Shown here: positions 1 through 10,402 of the stretch, piece after piece | How the letters are laid out: every line of letters begins with the position of its first letter | Numbering within the stretch: the first letter of the stretch is position 1 | From: Glycera tridactyla | Taxonomy: Eukaryota | Length of the DNA stretch: 64,000 nucleotides | Direction: 5' to 3' | Assembly (NCBI GenBank): GCA_965644265.1 | Contig: OZ286470.1 | Span: forward strand, 55,738,001-55,802,000 | Notes under the pieces: generated by a model | What the model saw: the letters and a program-made list of their open reading frames with translations, nothing else | What the model was told of the DNA's origin: nothing | The model's database searches: none | Translations under genes and position numbers: made by a program

Positions 1-38
<38 letters not shown>
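1..38. repeat. (TG)n microsatellite
   Basis: Pure TG dinucleotide run at the window start. Confidence 0.98.
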
Positions 39-40
<2 letters not shown>

Positions 41-299
41 CTTGACTGTCTGCTATTTTCCGAGTATCACTATGTGGATTTCAATCTAATTAAAGATTCA
101 TCGTGAATTGATTTCTGCACGGAGGCGTAGTGGTAGCTGTAAGAGTGGCCCATATCAACATTTGAATGGTTTTGATAACAAAGGGGTATTGATTGTTTCT
201 TTCCACGCACATCTTTCTCTCCACATCTCCTGATTGATTGCCTTTTATATCATTTCTTAATCCCTATTTTATGTACTGGTATATTTGTAATGAATGTTA

Positions 300-445
300 T
301 GGACGTCATGACACCCAGAGGATTCATTAAAGCTAGATGCTCTGTCCCCTGCAGGCATCATTTACACAAAGCCTGAACACAAGATGTAGGGAACTGGAAA
401 GGTAGTCAGGTGGGAGTAGCCAGCAGTTCAGACACACCAGTACCT
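300..445 (-). mobile_element. Fragment of a dispersed SINE-like repeat (copy 1 of 3)
   Basis: Shares acccagaggatt...aaagctagatg...cccctgcaggcatca...cctgaacacaagatg with 45600-45750 and, inverted, with 15770-15965. Confidence 0.65.
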
Positions 446-989
446 ACTCATGATAAACAGCAGATTGGCTGTATTCAAATTGTATCTACGCGATTGACTG
501 GGCAACAGTGCCGGCCCATTACGGGGACGGTTTTTGTTTATTTTTGCCGCTTTTTATTTCGTTTTACAAGTCTTTAAGTTTATATACCTTTGTATCTGCA
601 ACCATGGGCCACGTATATATGAAGGAATAGCAAAAATACCCTCGGAAACACCGTATAGATGGACTTACAACAGACTGGAGGATCTGAGTGTTTCGAAATT
701 CTGAGTCGACGAACGAAGTATACAATCGGAACTTATACGAAACTGTGAATCTCGCGATCCTCGACTTCGACGAACAGTTGAAAACTATCACTATTTGGAA
801 TAATCAGCAGCTCTCATTCGCTAAGCTGGACGGCGAATGCTTTATTACGAATCCTAGTATGGAACTACTTTGCTATCTCTTCTTGATGGTGTTTTGGACC
901 GGCACGTGCCGCCATGGAGGCATGGTAAACATTGAACTTCTTTCACGACGAATGAAAATTTGCATAATCGCAAGCCGAACAGGCCGTCT

Positions 990-1440
990 TGCCATCTGAT
1001 TGGCTGCTCCGCGACACCACTCCGACCTTCTCAGCTAGACGGGCTATGATTGGCTGAGGGAGACGACAGACGACCCGGATGCACAACTCTATCTTGGCTG
1101 TATAAATAAATTTTCTACAACTCGTCTTTAGTCCGAAACTCAGCCCAACGATCATATTGGTGTCGTAATTTATTTTTCGTATGTAGTTCGGACTTTAAGC
1201 TTGAACATTGGGCACTTTTCATGTTAAAACCTGCCCCGCAAATCATTAAAAATAGACTGGAAACCAAACTCCATCGCAGGGCTCAGGAGCTCTTTGGACC
1301 ATGCGCCATCTTGGATTGTCAACCTCGCAGCAGTCTCGCGAGAACTAGTCACTAACCAATCAGGATCCGCGAATCAGTGTAAACATCCCGGATGTTGTCT
1401 CTCTCTGAGAACTCATTGTTTTCGTTTCTTGGCAACGACT
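990..1440 (+). promoter_or_regulatory. Putative internal Pol II promoter in the LINE 5' UTR
   Basis: CpG-rich; CCAAT boxes (ATTGG 999-1003 and 1049-1053, CCAAT 1356-1360), TATAAA 1101-1106, YY1-type CGCCATCTT 1304-1312. Motif inspection only. Confidence 0.4.
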
Positions 1441-1587
1441 GGTAGTCATTTCTGTACTACGCCTGTTTGAATGAGGGGGAGGAGATAGATTCTTTATTTA
1501 TTTCGAGACGGGACTGGTGAGAAAAACAACGTAGATGACCCGAAGTACACCAACATAAATCAGAAGATGCATGGAACTTGCTAATAC

Positions 1588-3669
1588 ATGGAAGTACGCA
1601 TGGACAACACAGACAACGGTGAATCTGTATCTTTATCCATCATTAATACACAAAGTGACAATTCGTGTTCAACACTATCTACCCCTGAATCTGAATCTTT
1701 ATCCATCGTTAATACACAAAGTGATAATTCGTGTTCGATACTGTCTACCCCTCCTAAAGCAGGAATACATATACGACAGAGTCTATCGCGTAAGAGGGTT
1801 TTTGATACAATCCTAGCTGAGCAATCGACACCGAAAAGGCCGACTTCGAACGATAGAATTACTGGTTCTACACGTAGAAGGCTACAAGCAAACACCGTGA
1901 GTGAAACTGATTCGCGAGAAAAGTTTGGAGCTGATTCGTATTTACTCTGTGATTCCATCCCAGAGGACTATTCAAGCAGTGCGCTTATGTATGGTGACGA
2001 ATCTTCTAGTAGTGAGACTACACTGGTGGATACTGATCGATGTGAGAGGTTTCAACCTGTGAAACAGCGACCACCCCTGGGATTTGGGGAAATACCATCA
2101 ACATCGACTGGGAGCGAGGAGAATTCTACTAGCCAAACCTGTGATAATTTCCCAGGTGACATTTTAGTATCTGCTAACTCAGCCAGTAAATATACTGATT
2201 CCCTCGAAGATTTTATACTGAGATCCCAGAGCACACCTCGGTATAAAGACCAACTGGAAGTATCTGCCCGGGAGTTTTTCCACGAAGAATCTGCCATTCC
2301 TGCCAGTGACTCTAGTGTATACGAAGAAATATCTGGTTTATTTGCTGAGGCATCCAACCCTTCTTCTAGGAGGAGATCATTTTATCAATTAGAGAGTGAC
2401 ATTACAGATCTCCAGAAGAAATTTTATAGAGAAATTGAAGAGCCACCAAGTATCCCAGAAGACTGGCCTTTTGATTCTGAGAATAGTTGGTTTGCATGTG
2501 TGAATAGTGACTCCAGGTCTTCCATTAACAGCATTAAGTCTGAGGTACTGAAATCTATATCTGAAAGTAACTTTGCCCAGCAGTGTCCTTCTGTAAAAAT
2601 GTCTCAAATACAAATTGATCCTGATCAATTCATGAATCTTTTCAACACAGCCTTTAAAAGGATGGTGTCTTCTGAAGAACATAAATCCTCAATGGTTGAT
2701 ATTGTAACAGAGGTTCTCTCTACCACTGAGAAAAGAATTGAAGATGTTGAGATGTCATTGAGAGCTCAAACCCAAAAGCACAATGCTATGTCAGACTGGA
2801 TTGCTGATGTGTCGGCTAATGTCAAGAGCCTTGAATCCAAATATGCTAATCCTGACCTCATGCTTAGTACCATGGAGGCTTCTATTAAGAAAATTGCACT
2901 TAAATGTGATGCTACATGCAATCAGTCCAAACAAGTATCTGAACTAGATGCAAAGGTTCAAAGGATTTCAACACAATTGAATGAATTATCAAGTGATATG
3001 AATGGTATAAAAAGGATGAATGATGGTGATATGACTGAAAAGCTGAAAGATGCATGGGTAAAGCTTGATAAGGTTGACAAGGTTGCGAGAGATGTTGAAA
3101 ATAGAGCAAGTGCTGTGCCACAACAGCAACTGGGTGCCCTGACTGAGAAAGTGAGACAATTGGAATCAACATCCAATCAAAAATACCTGATGTTTGATGG
3201 TGTCCCAGAGACACAGAATGAAAATACTCCTGAACTGCTTGTTAATACTGTTGGTGTACTATTGAGACCTCAATTGAGGCTAGGTGACATTGAAAATGCC
3301 AGGAGAATTGGTAGAGTGTCAAATAGACCAAGAACAATTCTGGTGGAGTTTGTGCATACTAGCAAAAGCCAATCTGTGTATCAAGGGAAAATGGAGCTTG
3401 CCAGACTCAAGACCCAGTTTTATATTGGTGAATATCTGTCCAAGGAAATTGCACATCTATTCTTTCAGGCCAGGCAATTAAGGGGTGAAGGGAAAGCACT
3501 TTCAAGGGCATGGACTTTCAGGGGTCAGGTTTTTGTTGCCAAAGGAAAAAATGCAAGAGGAACCCCTGTTAATTCTGAAAGGGAATTGAATGAATTCATA
3601 CGTATTGGTGTGGACATTATTGAACAGCCACCAAATATGAACCCTCCTCAGCAGATGCAAACAAATTAA
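1588..3669 (+). CDS. LINE ORF1p, 693 aa: Ser/acidic disordered N-terminus, coiled coil, L1-type RRM and C-terminal domain
   Basis: Uninterrupted ORF; heptad-rich segment (TTEKRIEDVEMSL...LTEKVRQLE) followed by MFDGVPETQNE...ARRIGR...PRTILVEF...FYIGEYLS...AWTFRGQVFV, typical of LINE ORF1p. Confidence 0.9.
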   Translation: MEVRMDNTDNGESVSLSIINTQSDNSCSTLSTPESESLSIVNTQSDNSCSILSTPPKAGIHIRQSLSRKRVFDTILAEQSTPKRPTSNDRITGSTRRRLQANTVSETDSREKFGADSYLLCDSIPEDYSSSALMYGDESSSSETTLVDTDRCERFQPVKQRPPLGFGEIPSTSTGSEENSTSQTCDNFPGDILVSANSASKYTDSLEDFILRSQSTPRYKDQLEVSAREFFHEESAIPASDSSVYEEISGLFAEASNPSSRRRSFYQLESDITDLQKKFYREIEEPPSIPEDWPFDSENSWFACVNSDSRSSINSIKSEVLKSISESNFAQQCPSVKMSQIQIDPDQFMNLFNTAFKRMVSSEEHKSSMVDIVTEVLSTTEKRIEDVEMSLRAQTQKHNAMSDWIADVSANVKSLESKYANPDLMLSTMEASIKKIALKCDATCNQSKQVSELDAKVQRISTQLNELSSDMNGIKRMNDGDMTEKLKDAWVKLDKVDKVARDVENRASAVPQQQLGALTEKVRQLESTSNQKYLMFDGVPETQNENTPELLVNTVGVLLRPQLRLGDIENARRIGRVSNRPRTILVEFVHTSKSQSVYQGKMELARLKTQFYIGEYLSKEIAHLFFQARQLRGEGKALSRAWTFRGQVFVAKGKNARGTPVNSERELNEFIRIGVDIIEQPPNMNPPQQMQTN

Positions 3670-4014
3670 CGTGTCCACTCTGGGATTTGTGAGCAATTGC
3701 AACATATTAAGGGTTTTATCTCTATTTTTCACTAGTCTCGCCTTGAAAGTTCTATTATTATTTATGTATTAATCTCTTATTACTGTCCTATTTATGCACA
3801 TACTACCATGGTCCATTGTACAATATATGTTGTTGAAACTGAAACTGAGAAACCAAGCAAGCTGAAACAATTATACGATACTGCCTGTGAAATGTAACTA
3901 ATCCAGTTGTTATCAAATTGACTATACACCAGAACATCCGTTGTCCTGTCTCGAAATCTTCTTTATTATCTTCTAAAACACCTCTCCTCATCAATCATCT
4001 TCATTATTCCCACT

Positions 4015-6888
4015 ATGATTGAACCGCATGAACTGAAAAAGTTAAATGGACTTGTATTCGCACACTTAAATGTGTGCAGTTTGAAAAATAAACTTGATGA
4101 TATATTTAGACTACTTGACTGTAGTGATATTGATATTTTAGGTATATCAGAAACATTCCTAGATGATAGCCTGGACTCCATGATGTTTGACATTGAGGGG
4201 TATAATTTATACAGATTGGATCGCAAAGACCATAGTGTGAGACAGAGTGGTGGAGGAATATGTGTATACAGTAAATGTTCAATTATATGTGACATGTCAC
4301 CTCAACTATCGATGAGCAATAGGGACATAGAAATACTTGGACTCTGTATTTGCCTGAAAAACTGTAGGCCGATATACGTGTTTAATATCTATAGGCCACC
4401 ATATGGAAGTATGAAAAATGCTGTACAACTGATGTCCGGGATACTAAATGATTGTCAGGTGAATCCTCTGAGTGAATTCCATCTGCTTGGTGATTATAAC
4501 TGTGACTTACTGAAGTCAAATCACCCAGATTGCAGATCATTGAAAACAATGTGTTATTCCTATGACCTGATGCAATGTGTGAAAGAAGCTACTAGGATTA
4601 CCACAGGAAGTTCAACATTGATTGACCATATATATTGCAATAGAAACATTGTCGTTGCAAGTAGTGGAGTGGTCCCTTTGGGTATTAGTGATCATTCACT
4701 GGTTTTTATTCAGCGTAAGTTAAATAAACTGAAGCCAAAAGCACTTTTTGTTAACTGTAGATCTATGAAAAATGTGAACCAAGAGAGCTTCTGTGATGCT
4801 GTCTCCCGTATAGACTGGTCTGATGTGTATTTTGAATTGAATCCTGATCTATCATGGATCATCTTCAAATTTGAATTTTTGAATATATGTGACATATTGG
4901 CCCCTTACAAATCAATGAAAGTTAGAGGCAGGCCACCTCCATGGAATACTGATCAAATTGTCTCCTTAGCTCAGCAAAGGGATAATGCAAAGAAGAAATC
5001 TGATACAACAAGATCTGCCATTGATAGGTATGAATATACCACCCTTAGAAATCGTGTCACTACTATGGGCAACCATTCTAAAAGGAAATATATTGCATAT
5101 ACTCTTAATGAAAATAAGGGGGATTTAGGTAAGATTTGGCGTACAATTGCTCTCCTTATTCCGAAATCTAAGCAAAACATGAATGCTGATATAGATATTG
5201 GAGGTTTCAACTCAAACATTGATATAGCAAATTGTTTTAATGAGCTCTTCTGCACAGTTGGAGACATGTTAGCTCAGAAAATTACCTATATATCCATGCA
5301 AGAACTACCTGGTATAGTTAGTAGTGGAAACTTGTTTTCATTCAAAAGAGTACCGATCCTTGATATATACAAGAACCTGTCAGCTATGAGTGTGACCAAA
5401 TCTACAGGTCTTGATGGCATAAATTCTAAGTTTCTCAAATGGTCTGCAGTGGTTATTGCCCCTATTGTTTCTCATATTGTGAATAGCTCTCTCTGTAACC
5501 AAATTGTACCAATGGACTGGAAGATTGCTCGTATCACACCCTTGTACAAGGACGGTCCTAGGACCGATCCTGGAAATTATAGGCCAATATCAGTTCTGCC
5601 AATTATGGCCAAGGTACAGGAACGCATGGTACATGATCAATTATACAAGCATTTTACAGAGAACAATCTATTTGAGACATGTCAGTCTGGTTTTAGAAGT
5701 GGTATGTCCACTATCACCTGTTGTACTACTGTTCTACATGATATATATATTGGTATCGATTGTGGGAAGATGACTGCAATGGTATTTTTGGACCTGAAGA
5801 AGGCGTTCGATACTGTCGACCATAGTATTCTTGTCCAAAAATTGAGAGACTATGGAGTGGTCGGCAGTTCGAACGCCTGGATCAGAAACTATCTATCCAA
5901 TCGTAAACAAGTGACAAAGTATAAAAATGCACTTTCAAATCCGGGAAATGTCACATGTGGTGTCCCCCAGGGATCTATTTTAGGGCCGCTGTTATTCATT
6001 ATATACATTAATGATCTGTGCCTTAACGTTAAGCGGTCCCATATTGCTATGTATGCCGATGACACAGCTTTATATGCCAGTGGCACCAGTATTGTAGAAA
6101 TCAGGGATAAGCTTATGTCAGACCTTGCCGAAGTGGACAAATGGCTTATGGCAAATCGATTAACACTGAATGTCAAAAAGACAAAAGCTATGCTTTTTCA
6201 TAGCAATATGTATAGAGGAGAAAAGCAACTTGACTTGAGCATTCACGGTGAAGCTATTGAACAAGTGCCAACATTTAAATATCTCGGGATTACTTTGGAT
6301 AGTAAACTGACTTTTGATGATCATTTAAGTATCACTGTATCCAAAACCAGAAAGCGTCTGGGTGCCATAAGACATGTCAGGAAGTTCATAGATGGTAATG
6401 TCAGCCATATGCTATATAAGACACTCGTCATTCCACATTTCGATTATGGTGATTTGTTATACATGCATGCATCAGATACATCATTGAATAAGTTGCAGAT
6501 CATGCAAAATGCTGCCTGTCGGCTAATTCTAAAGGCTGAATGGTTAAGGAGTAGTGAGAGCATGCATTTAGCCTTGAAAATGTCGAGACTTTCTGAGCGA
6601 AGAAGGTATCACATTGCACTTTTTGTATACAAAGTACTTAACAACCATATCCAGTGTGTCAAGACTAGATCACTCTTTGATTGGGTGAGTGATTCTCATA
6701 ATGTAAACACCAGATCGAGTAGAAATCTAGATCTTAAAGTACCCAGAACGCATAGCAGATGTCTGGATAAAAGTATATATGTTCAGGGGCCACATGTATG
6801 GAATAGTTTATCTGTTGACGTGAGAGGAAAACCATCTTTGGGTTCTTTCAAGCATGCATATATTAAGATGTACATGAATTTTGACTGA
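4015..6888 (+). CDS. LINE ORF2p, 957 aa: apurinic-like endonuclease plus reverse transcriptase
   Basis: APE motifs HLNV, GISET, YRPP, GDYN, GISDH; RT motifs YRPISVLP, QSGFR, FLDLKKAFD, GVPQGSILGP, YADD, YLG; CR1-group C-terminus H.VNTR...GP..WN.L; no stop or frameshift. Confidence 0.97.
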   Translation: MIEPHELKKLNGLVFAHLNVCSLKNKLDDIFRLLDCSDIDILGISETFLDDSLDSMMFDIEGYNLYRLDRKDHSVRQSGGGICVYSKCSIICDMSPQLSMSNRDIEILGLCICLKNCRPIYVFNIYRPPYGSMKNAVQLMSGILNDCQVNPLSEFHLLGDYNCDLLKSNHPDCRSLKTMCYSYDLMQCVKEATRITTGSSTLIDHIYCNRNIVVASSGVVPLGISDHSLVFIQRKLNKLKPKALFVNCRSMKNVNQESFCDAVSRIDWSDVYFELNPDLSWIIFKFEFLNICDILAPYKSMKVRGRPPPWNTDQIVSLAQQRDNAKKKSDTTRSAIDRYEYTTLRNRVTTMGNHSKRKYIAYTLNENKGDLGKIWRTIALLIPKSKQNMNADIDIGGFNSNIDIANCFNELFCTVGDMLAQKITYISMQELPGIVSSGNLFSFKRVPILDIYKNLSAMSVTKSTGLDGINSKFLKWSAVVIAPIVSHIVNSSLCNQIVPMDWKIARITPLYKDGPRTDPGNYRPISVLPIMAKVQERMVHDQLYKHFTENNLFETCQSGFRSGMSTITCCTTVLHDIYIGIDCGKMTAMVFLDLKKAFDTVDHSILVQKLRDYGVVGSSNAWIRNYLSNRKQVTKYKNALSNPGNVTCGVPQGSILGPLLFIIYINDLCLNVKRSHIAMYADDTALYASGTSIVEIRDKLMSDLAEVDKWLMANRLTLNVKKTKAMLFHSNMYRGEKQLDLSIHGEAIEQVPTFKYLGITLDSKLTFDDHLSITVSKTRKRLGAIRHVRKFIDGNVSHMLYKTLVIPHFDYGDLLYMHASDTSLNKLQIMQNAACRLILKAEWLRSSESMHLALKMSRLSERRRYHIALFVYKVLNNHIQCVKTRSLFDWVSDSHNVNTRSSRNLDLKVPRTHSRCLDKSIYVQGPHVWNSLSVDVRGKPSLGSFKHAYIKMYMNFD

Positions 6889-7246
6889 TACATACCAAGT
6901 TTCTGCTTCTCCATAGTTATAATATTGTGAAATATATCTGGGAATGTGAAAAATACTAGAAGACTGATCTGAATTTTTTTTTTTACACATGTTTTATTTA
7001 TATGATACAATATATGTATGTACAATTGTTTGACATTTATGATACAAGCAAAGCAATTTAGGTCACAGCTGAAAGAACAGACCCTGAGTCTGACTTTATG
7101 ATTAATACTGGACACTATATATGAACTAAGCTGTTTGTCGCCTTTTTTATTACAAAATAAAAGATATTGTCATTGTCATTGTCATTGTCATTGTCATTGT
7201 CAAATATCACCTCTTTCATTGTTAGGATGCTATTAAGATAGATTCA

Positions 7247-7724
7247 CAGGGTTCGCACAGACTCTGAAAATGTTCTGGAAATCATTACCTATACTGGAAA
7301 TGTTCTGGAAAACATGTTTTTCACTTATTGTTCTGGAAAAATACTGGAATTTTGAGATTTCTACTCTGGAACTCATACCTATGTTCTGGAGATCAGCAAA
7401 AACCTAGTATTTCCACTCATTTTTGCTGATTGACAGTGCACACTGTAGACATCAGTAGTCCTGATAGATCTCAAAATGACCACCAAGATGTGCACATGAA
7501 AATTGATCACCATCATAATAGAGAATTTCAGAAAACTAAGTGGTTCAGACGTACTACCTCTTGTCGCTGATGCTGCACATATAAAATCACCATCAATTAT
7601 GGGGCATTCATTTGGAAAACCATGAATTTATTGGTTGTGTGTGTTCTGGAAAGTCTTCATGGTGTACTGGAAATGTTCTGGAAAAACTCTGGGATTTTTT
7701 CGTGAGAACCTTGTATGAACCTTG
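7247..7724. mobile_element. Non-autonomous hAT-like DNA transposon, 5-bp TSD ATTCA
   Basis: TIRs CAGGGTTCGCAC / GTATGAACCTTG, repeated subterminal TTCTGGAA motifs, ATTCA on both flanks. Confidence 0.8.
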
Positions 7725-7974
7725 ATTCAGCATGACCATGACATAATTTAAGATGATAAGATTTCATAAGCCTGACATCACATTTTGAAGAGGTGGATGA
7801 TAGCTTGTAGGTTGAAATCATTCTGGTTGTGAGAGTGTCAGGCGAGGCAAGTTGAGAGTTGGCATCATAGCAACTCTCCAGCATCCTCATCTGGTAACCT
7901 TCAGTGGAATGTTCATTAGCACTCATCATCGCCGCCAGTAAAAACGCCTGCCCTCCCACTCTGATTGCTGGAAT

Positions 7975-8433
7975 ATGTCCGGTGACAGTGTTACAGGCAA
8001 GTTAGACAACATCTCCGCCACCGTCGCTCGACTAGAACAGTCAAACATTGATGTTTTACGCCGACTGCACACCATCGAGATGCGGGTGGATCAGATGAGT
8101 GACGTCAGCCGGTCGACATTGGCGGCAACATCGGCGGCGACGGCGGATACATGCGCCCCCGATCTCATCCTACCCTTCACCACGCCCAGCATGGTGGTAG
8201 ATTATAGCAACTCTAAATCCTCAGTTCAGACACTACAGATTCCTGAGGACATGCGCGATTATGAGAGCAGGTGCCGGCTCTGTGACCGTGATAATCATCC
8301 TGGACCGCCGAGAGCCGTGAAGGATATTGCCTTGAATCAGCTGAGCAACATTGTCGAGCGATCTCGCGGCAGCGATATCGAAGCTGAACTCAGACAATTA
8401 CGGGATCTACTGGCAAATTCCCAGGAATCTGAA
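7975..8433 (+). CDS. Probable coding exon of an unidentified plus-strand host gene (two predicted coiled coils)
   Basis: Protein-like ORF (KLDNISATVARLEQSNIDVLRRLHTIEMRVDQM; DIEAELRQLRDLL) ending at donor GAA|gtgaga; start may be ATG 7975 or an acceptor near 7997. Confidence 0.5.
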
Positions 8434-9179
8434 GTGAGATTTATAACGAGAAGAGGTAATTTCATGTTTGTGTCAGGTCACTGTAGACTTTCTCACACTA
8501 CCTTCATACACTATACTGATGGTCACTGACTAGATGAGTGGTCTCGGCCTCCAGTGTTGAGCTCAGAACACGGAAACAGGCATGGGTGATGGTGTGAGCG
8601 CCTATCTGGGATCTGAAAACAATGATCCTAGGTTAGAGATGGCACTGTAATAAATTGCCGGTAGTACAATAACCAGCTAAAGTGATACCCCTCCTCAGCA
8701 CACACACATGCTAGCACAAGAGAGAAGGATTCAAAATCCAATCCTAGGCAGAGGGTTTCACCTTGCCAAGATCAAATCTGTCAGCCATAATATAGCTAGC
8801 AGCTACATTTGGAAGATCAGAATCTTCTGACTGACAGTGCCTATGGGCTGAGAACAGTCAAACAAACATACTGTCGATAATCTTCGAATATTCATTACTC
8901 ATGTGCAGCACATGGATGAGAATTGTGTAGAGTTCATGGAGTTATACTTATATCATCACGAGTGTATTCATATACTGTACTTGAATGATCATTTATGTCA
9001 TTGATGCATCTGTGTTCAAAATACCAAAACATTTTGGGCTGTCAGAAGAGTGCTGTTCTGTGTTCATCCTTGAGTATTCTGAGAGGTTGAGGAGTGTGAC
9101 CTTCTGTTTATTCTGCAGAGCATGTGACATTTATCTGCATGGTCCAATGCAGGTATGTGAAGATGTGATACTTGATACC

Positions 9180-9365
9180 TCTTACTCCCTTTCTTCTTCT
9201 TTTTCTTCTTCTTCTTCTTCTTCTTTTTTTCTTCTTCTTCTTCTTCTTCTTCAACTTCTTCTTTTTCTTCATCTTCATCTTCTGCTTCTTCCTTCTCCTC
9301 CTGCTGCTTCTGGAATCGAATAGGAAACAGAGGGGTTGGAGAAACAGGAGTGAGGAGGAGGAGGG
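9180..9365. repeat. (CTT/TCT)n microsatellite followed by a GAG-rich run
   Basis: Directly visible low-complexity tract; explains the poly-S/L/F ORFs. Confidence 0.95.
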
Positions 9366-9369
9366 GGTA

Positions 9370-10402
9370 CAGTCGCCCCTGCCTTAACGGACACCTCTAC
9401 TAAGCGGTCACCTGCCCTAAGCGGCCACTGTCAAATCCCCCCGACGTATTTTCACTATATTTCACCTGTTCTAAGCGGTCACCTGCCCTAAGCGGACAGC
9501 GGACACCAAATAGTCATCCCGTGAGAGCAATTCACCTGTATTAGACGGACACAAGGTGGCAACAAGCCGTCACGGTAGTCTGCGCTCAAACAATAGTGAG
9601 TTGTTCTCAGTGAGTAGATGATCGCTGTCAAAGCCATTCACGCCCCACCCTGGCTGTTGTTAGGTCTTTCGCACCTCCATACTTCAATGATTCACGGGTA
9701 CAATCCATGATCAGACAATCTCCGCAAGGATTACATGTGTAAACGACCAATAAGCATGTATTTCGCTATAAAAATGAAAGACTGGCTTCTCCAATAGCGA
9801 TTTGGGTGCCAGTTGTGTCTTAATTTGCATATGACCATGACCTCGTCATATAACGGAACTTTCACAATATCTGCCATTTTATCACTATTCATGGCATGAT
9901 TGTTGTGATTCTCTCCAAAATGATCATCAAACACGCAATTAGAGTCGATATTTATGCATTTAGTACCATTAATCGACATCCGGTAGTGTTTGGGCTTTTT
10001 TAGTTGTAATTCTCCTTGAAGTCGGATGGGGCCCAAGATGGTGGAACACACTCAAATGAGTATACCTGTCGAGTGTTTTCATCACGTTTATGGTGAAATT
10101 GTCATGATTTTATCAGAAACGATCATCAATAACGCAAGTAGACACACTTTTTTTCGCGATTGGTAACTATTTATCGACACCCGGCTGTATTTTGGGCACA
10201 TTGAGCAGTTGAGAGCGATCAGGGGTCGTGAAAAACATTGTTGTCAGCATCATTCTTCACCGGGTGAAAGCTGGTCTCACGAATGTCGGGATTTACTCAA
10301 AAACGGACATCAGTGAACGGACACCTCCTCTAAGCGGCCGCCTGTCCTAAGCAGCCACTTTTCAAAGTTCCCTTTGGTGGCCACTTAGGACAGGTTCGAC
10401 TG
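9370..10402. mobile_element. Tc1/mariner (pogo/Tigger-type) non-autonomous element with TA TSD
   Basis: TA|CAGTCGCCCCTGCCTTAA ... TTAGGACAGGTTCGACTG|TA with subterminal TAAGCGG(T/C)CAC repeats. Confidence 0.8.

Larger units (their letters stand above)
470..7201 (+). mobile_element. Apparently full-length CR1-group (L2/Crack/Daphne-like) non-LTR retrotransposon; 5' boundary uncertain
   Basis: CpG-rich leader, intact ORF1 (1588-3669), 345-nt spacer, intact APE-RT ORF2 (4015-6888), 3' UTR with AATAAA at 7156-7161 and (ATTGTC)6 tail at 7166-7201. Confidence 0.93.

Noticed and set aside
1581-1958. 125-aa antisense ORF over the ORF1 start, as a possible ORF0 analogue
   Set aside because: It is the shadow of ORF1, mirrors its 66-bp duplication, and has no independent coding signal.
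8985-9387. ORFs with poly-Ser/Leu/Phe stretches resembling membrane peptides
   Set aside because: Translations of the CTT microsatellite.
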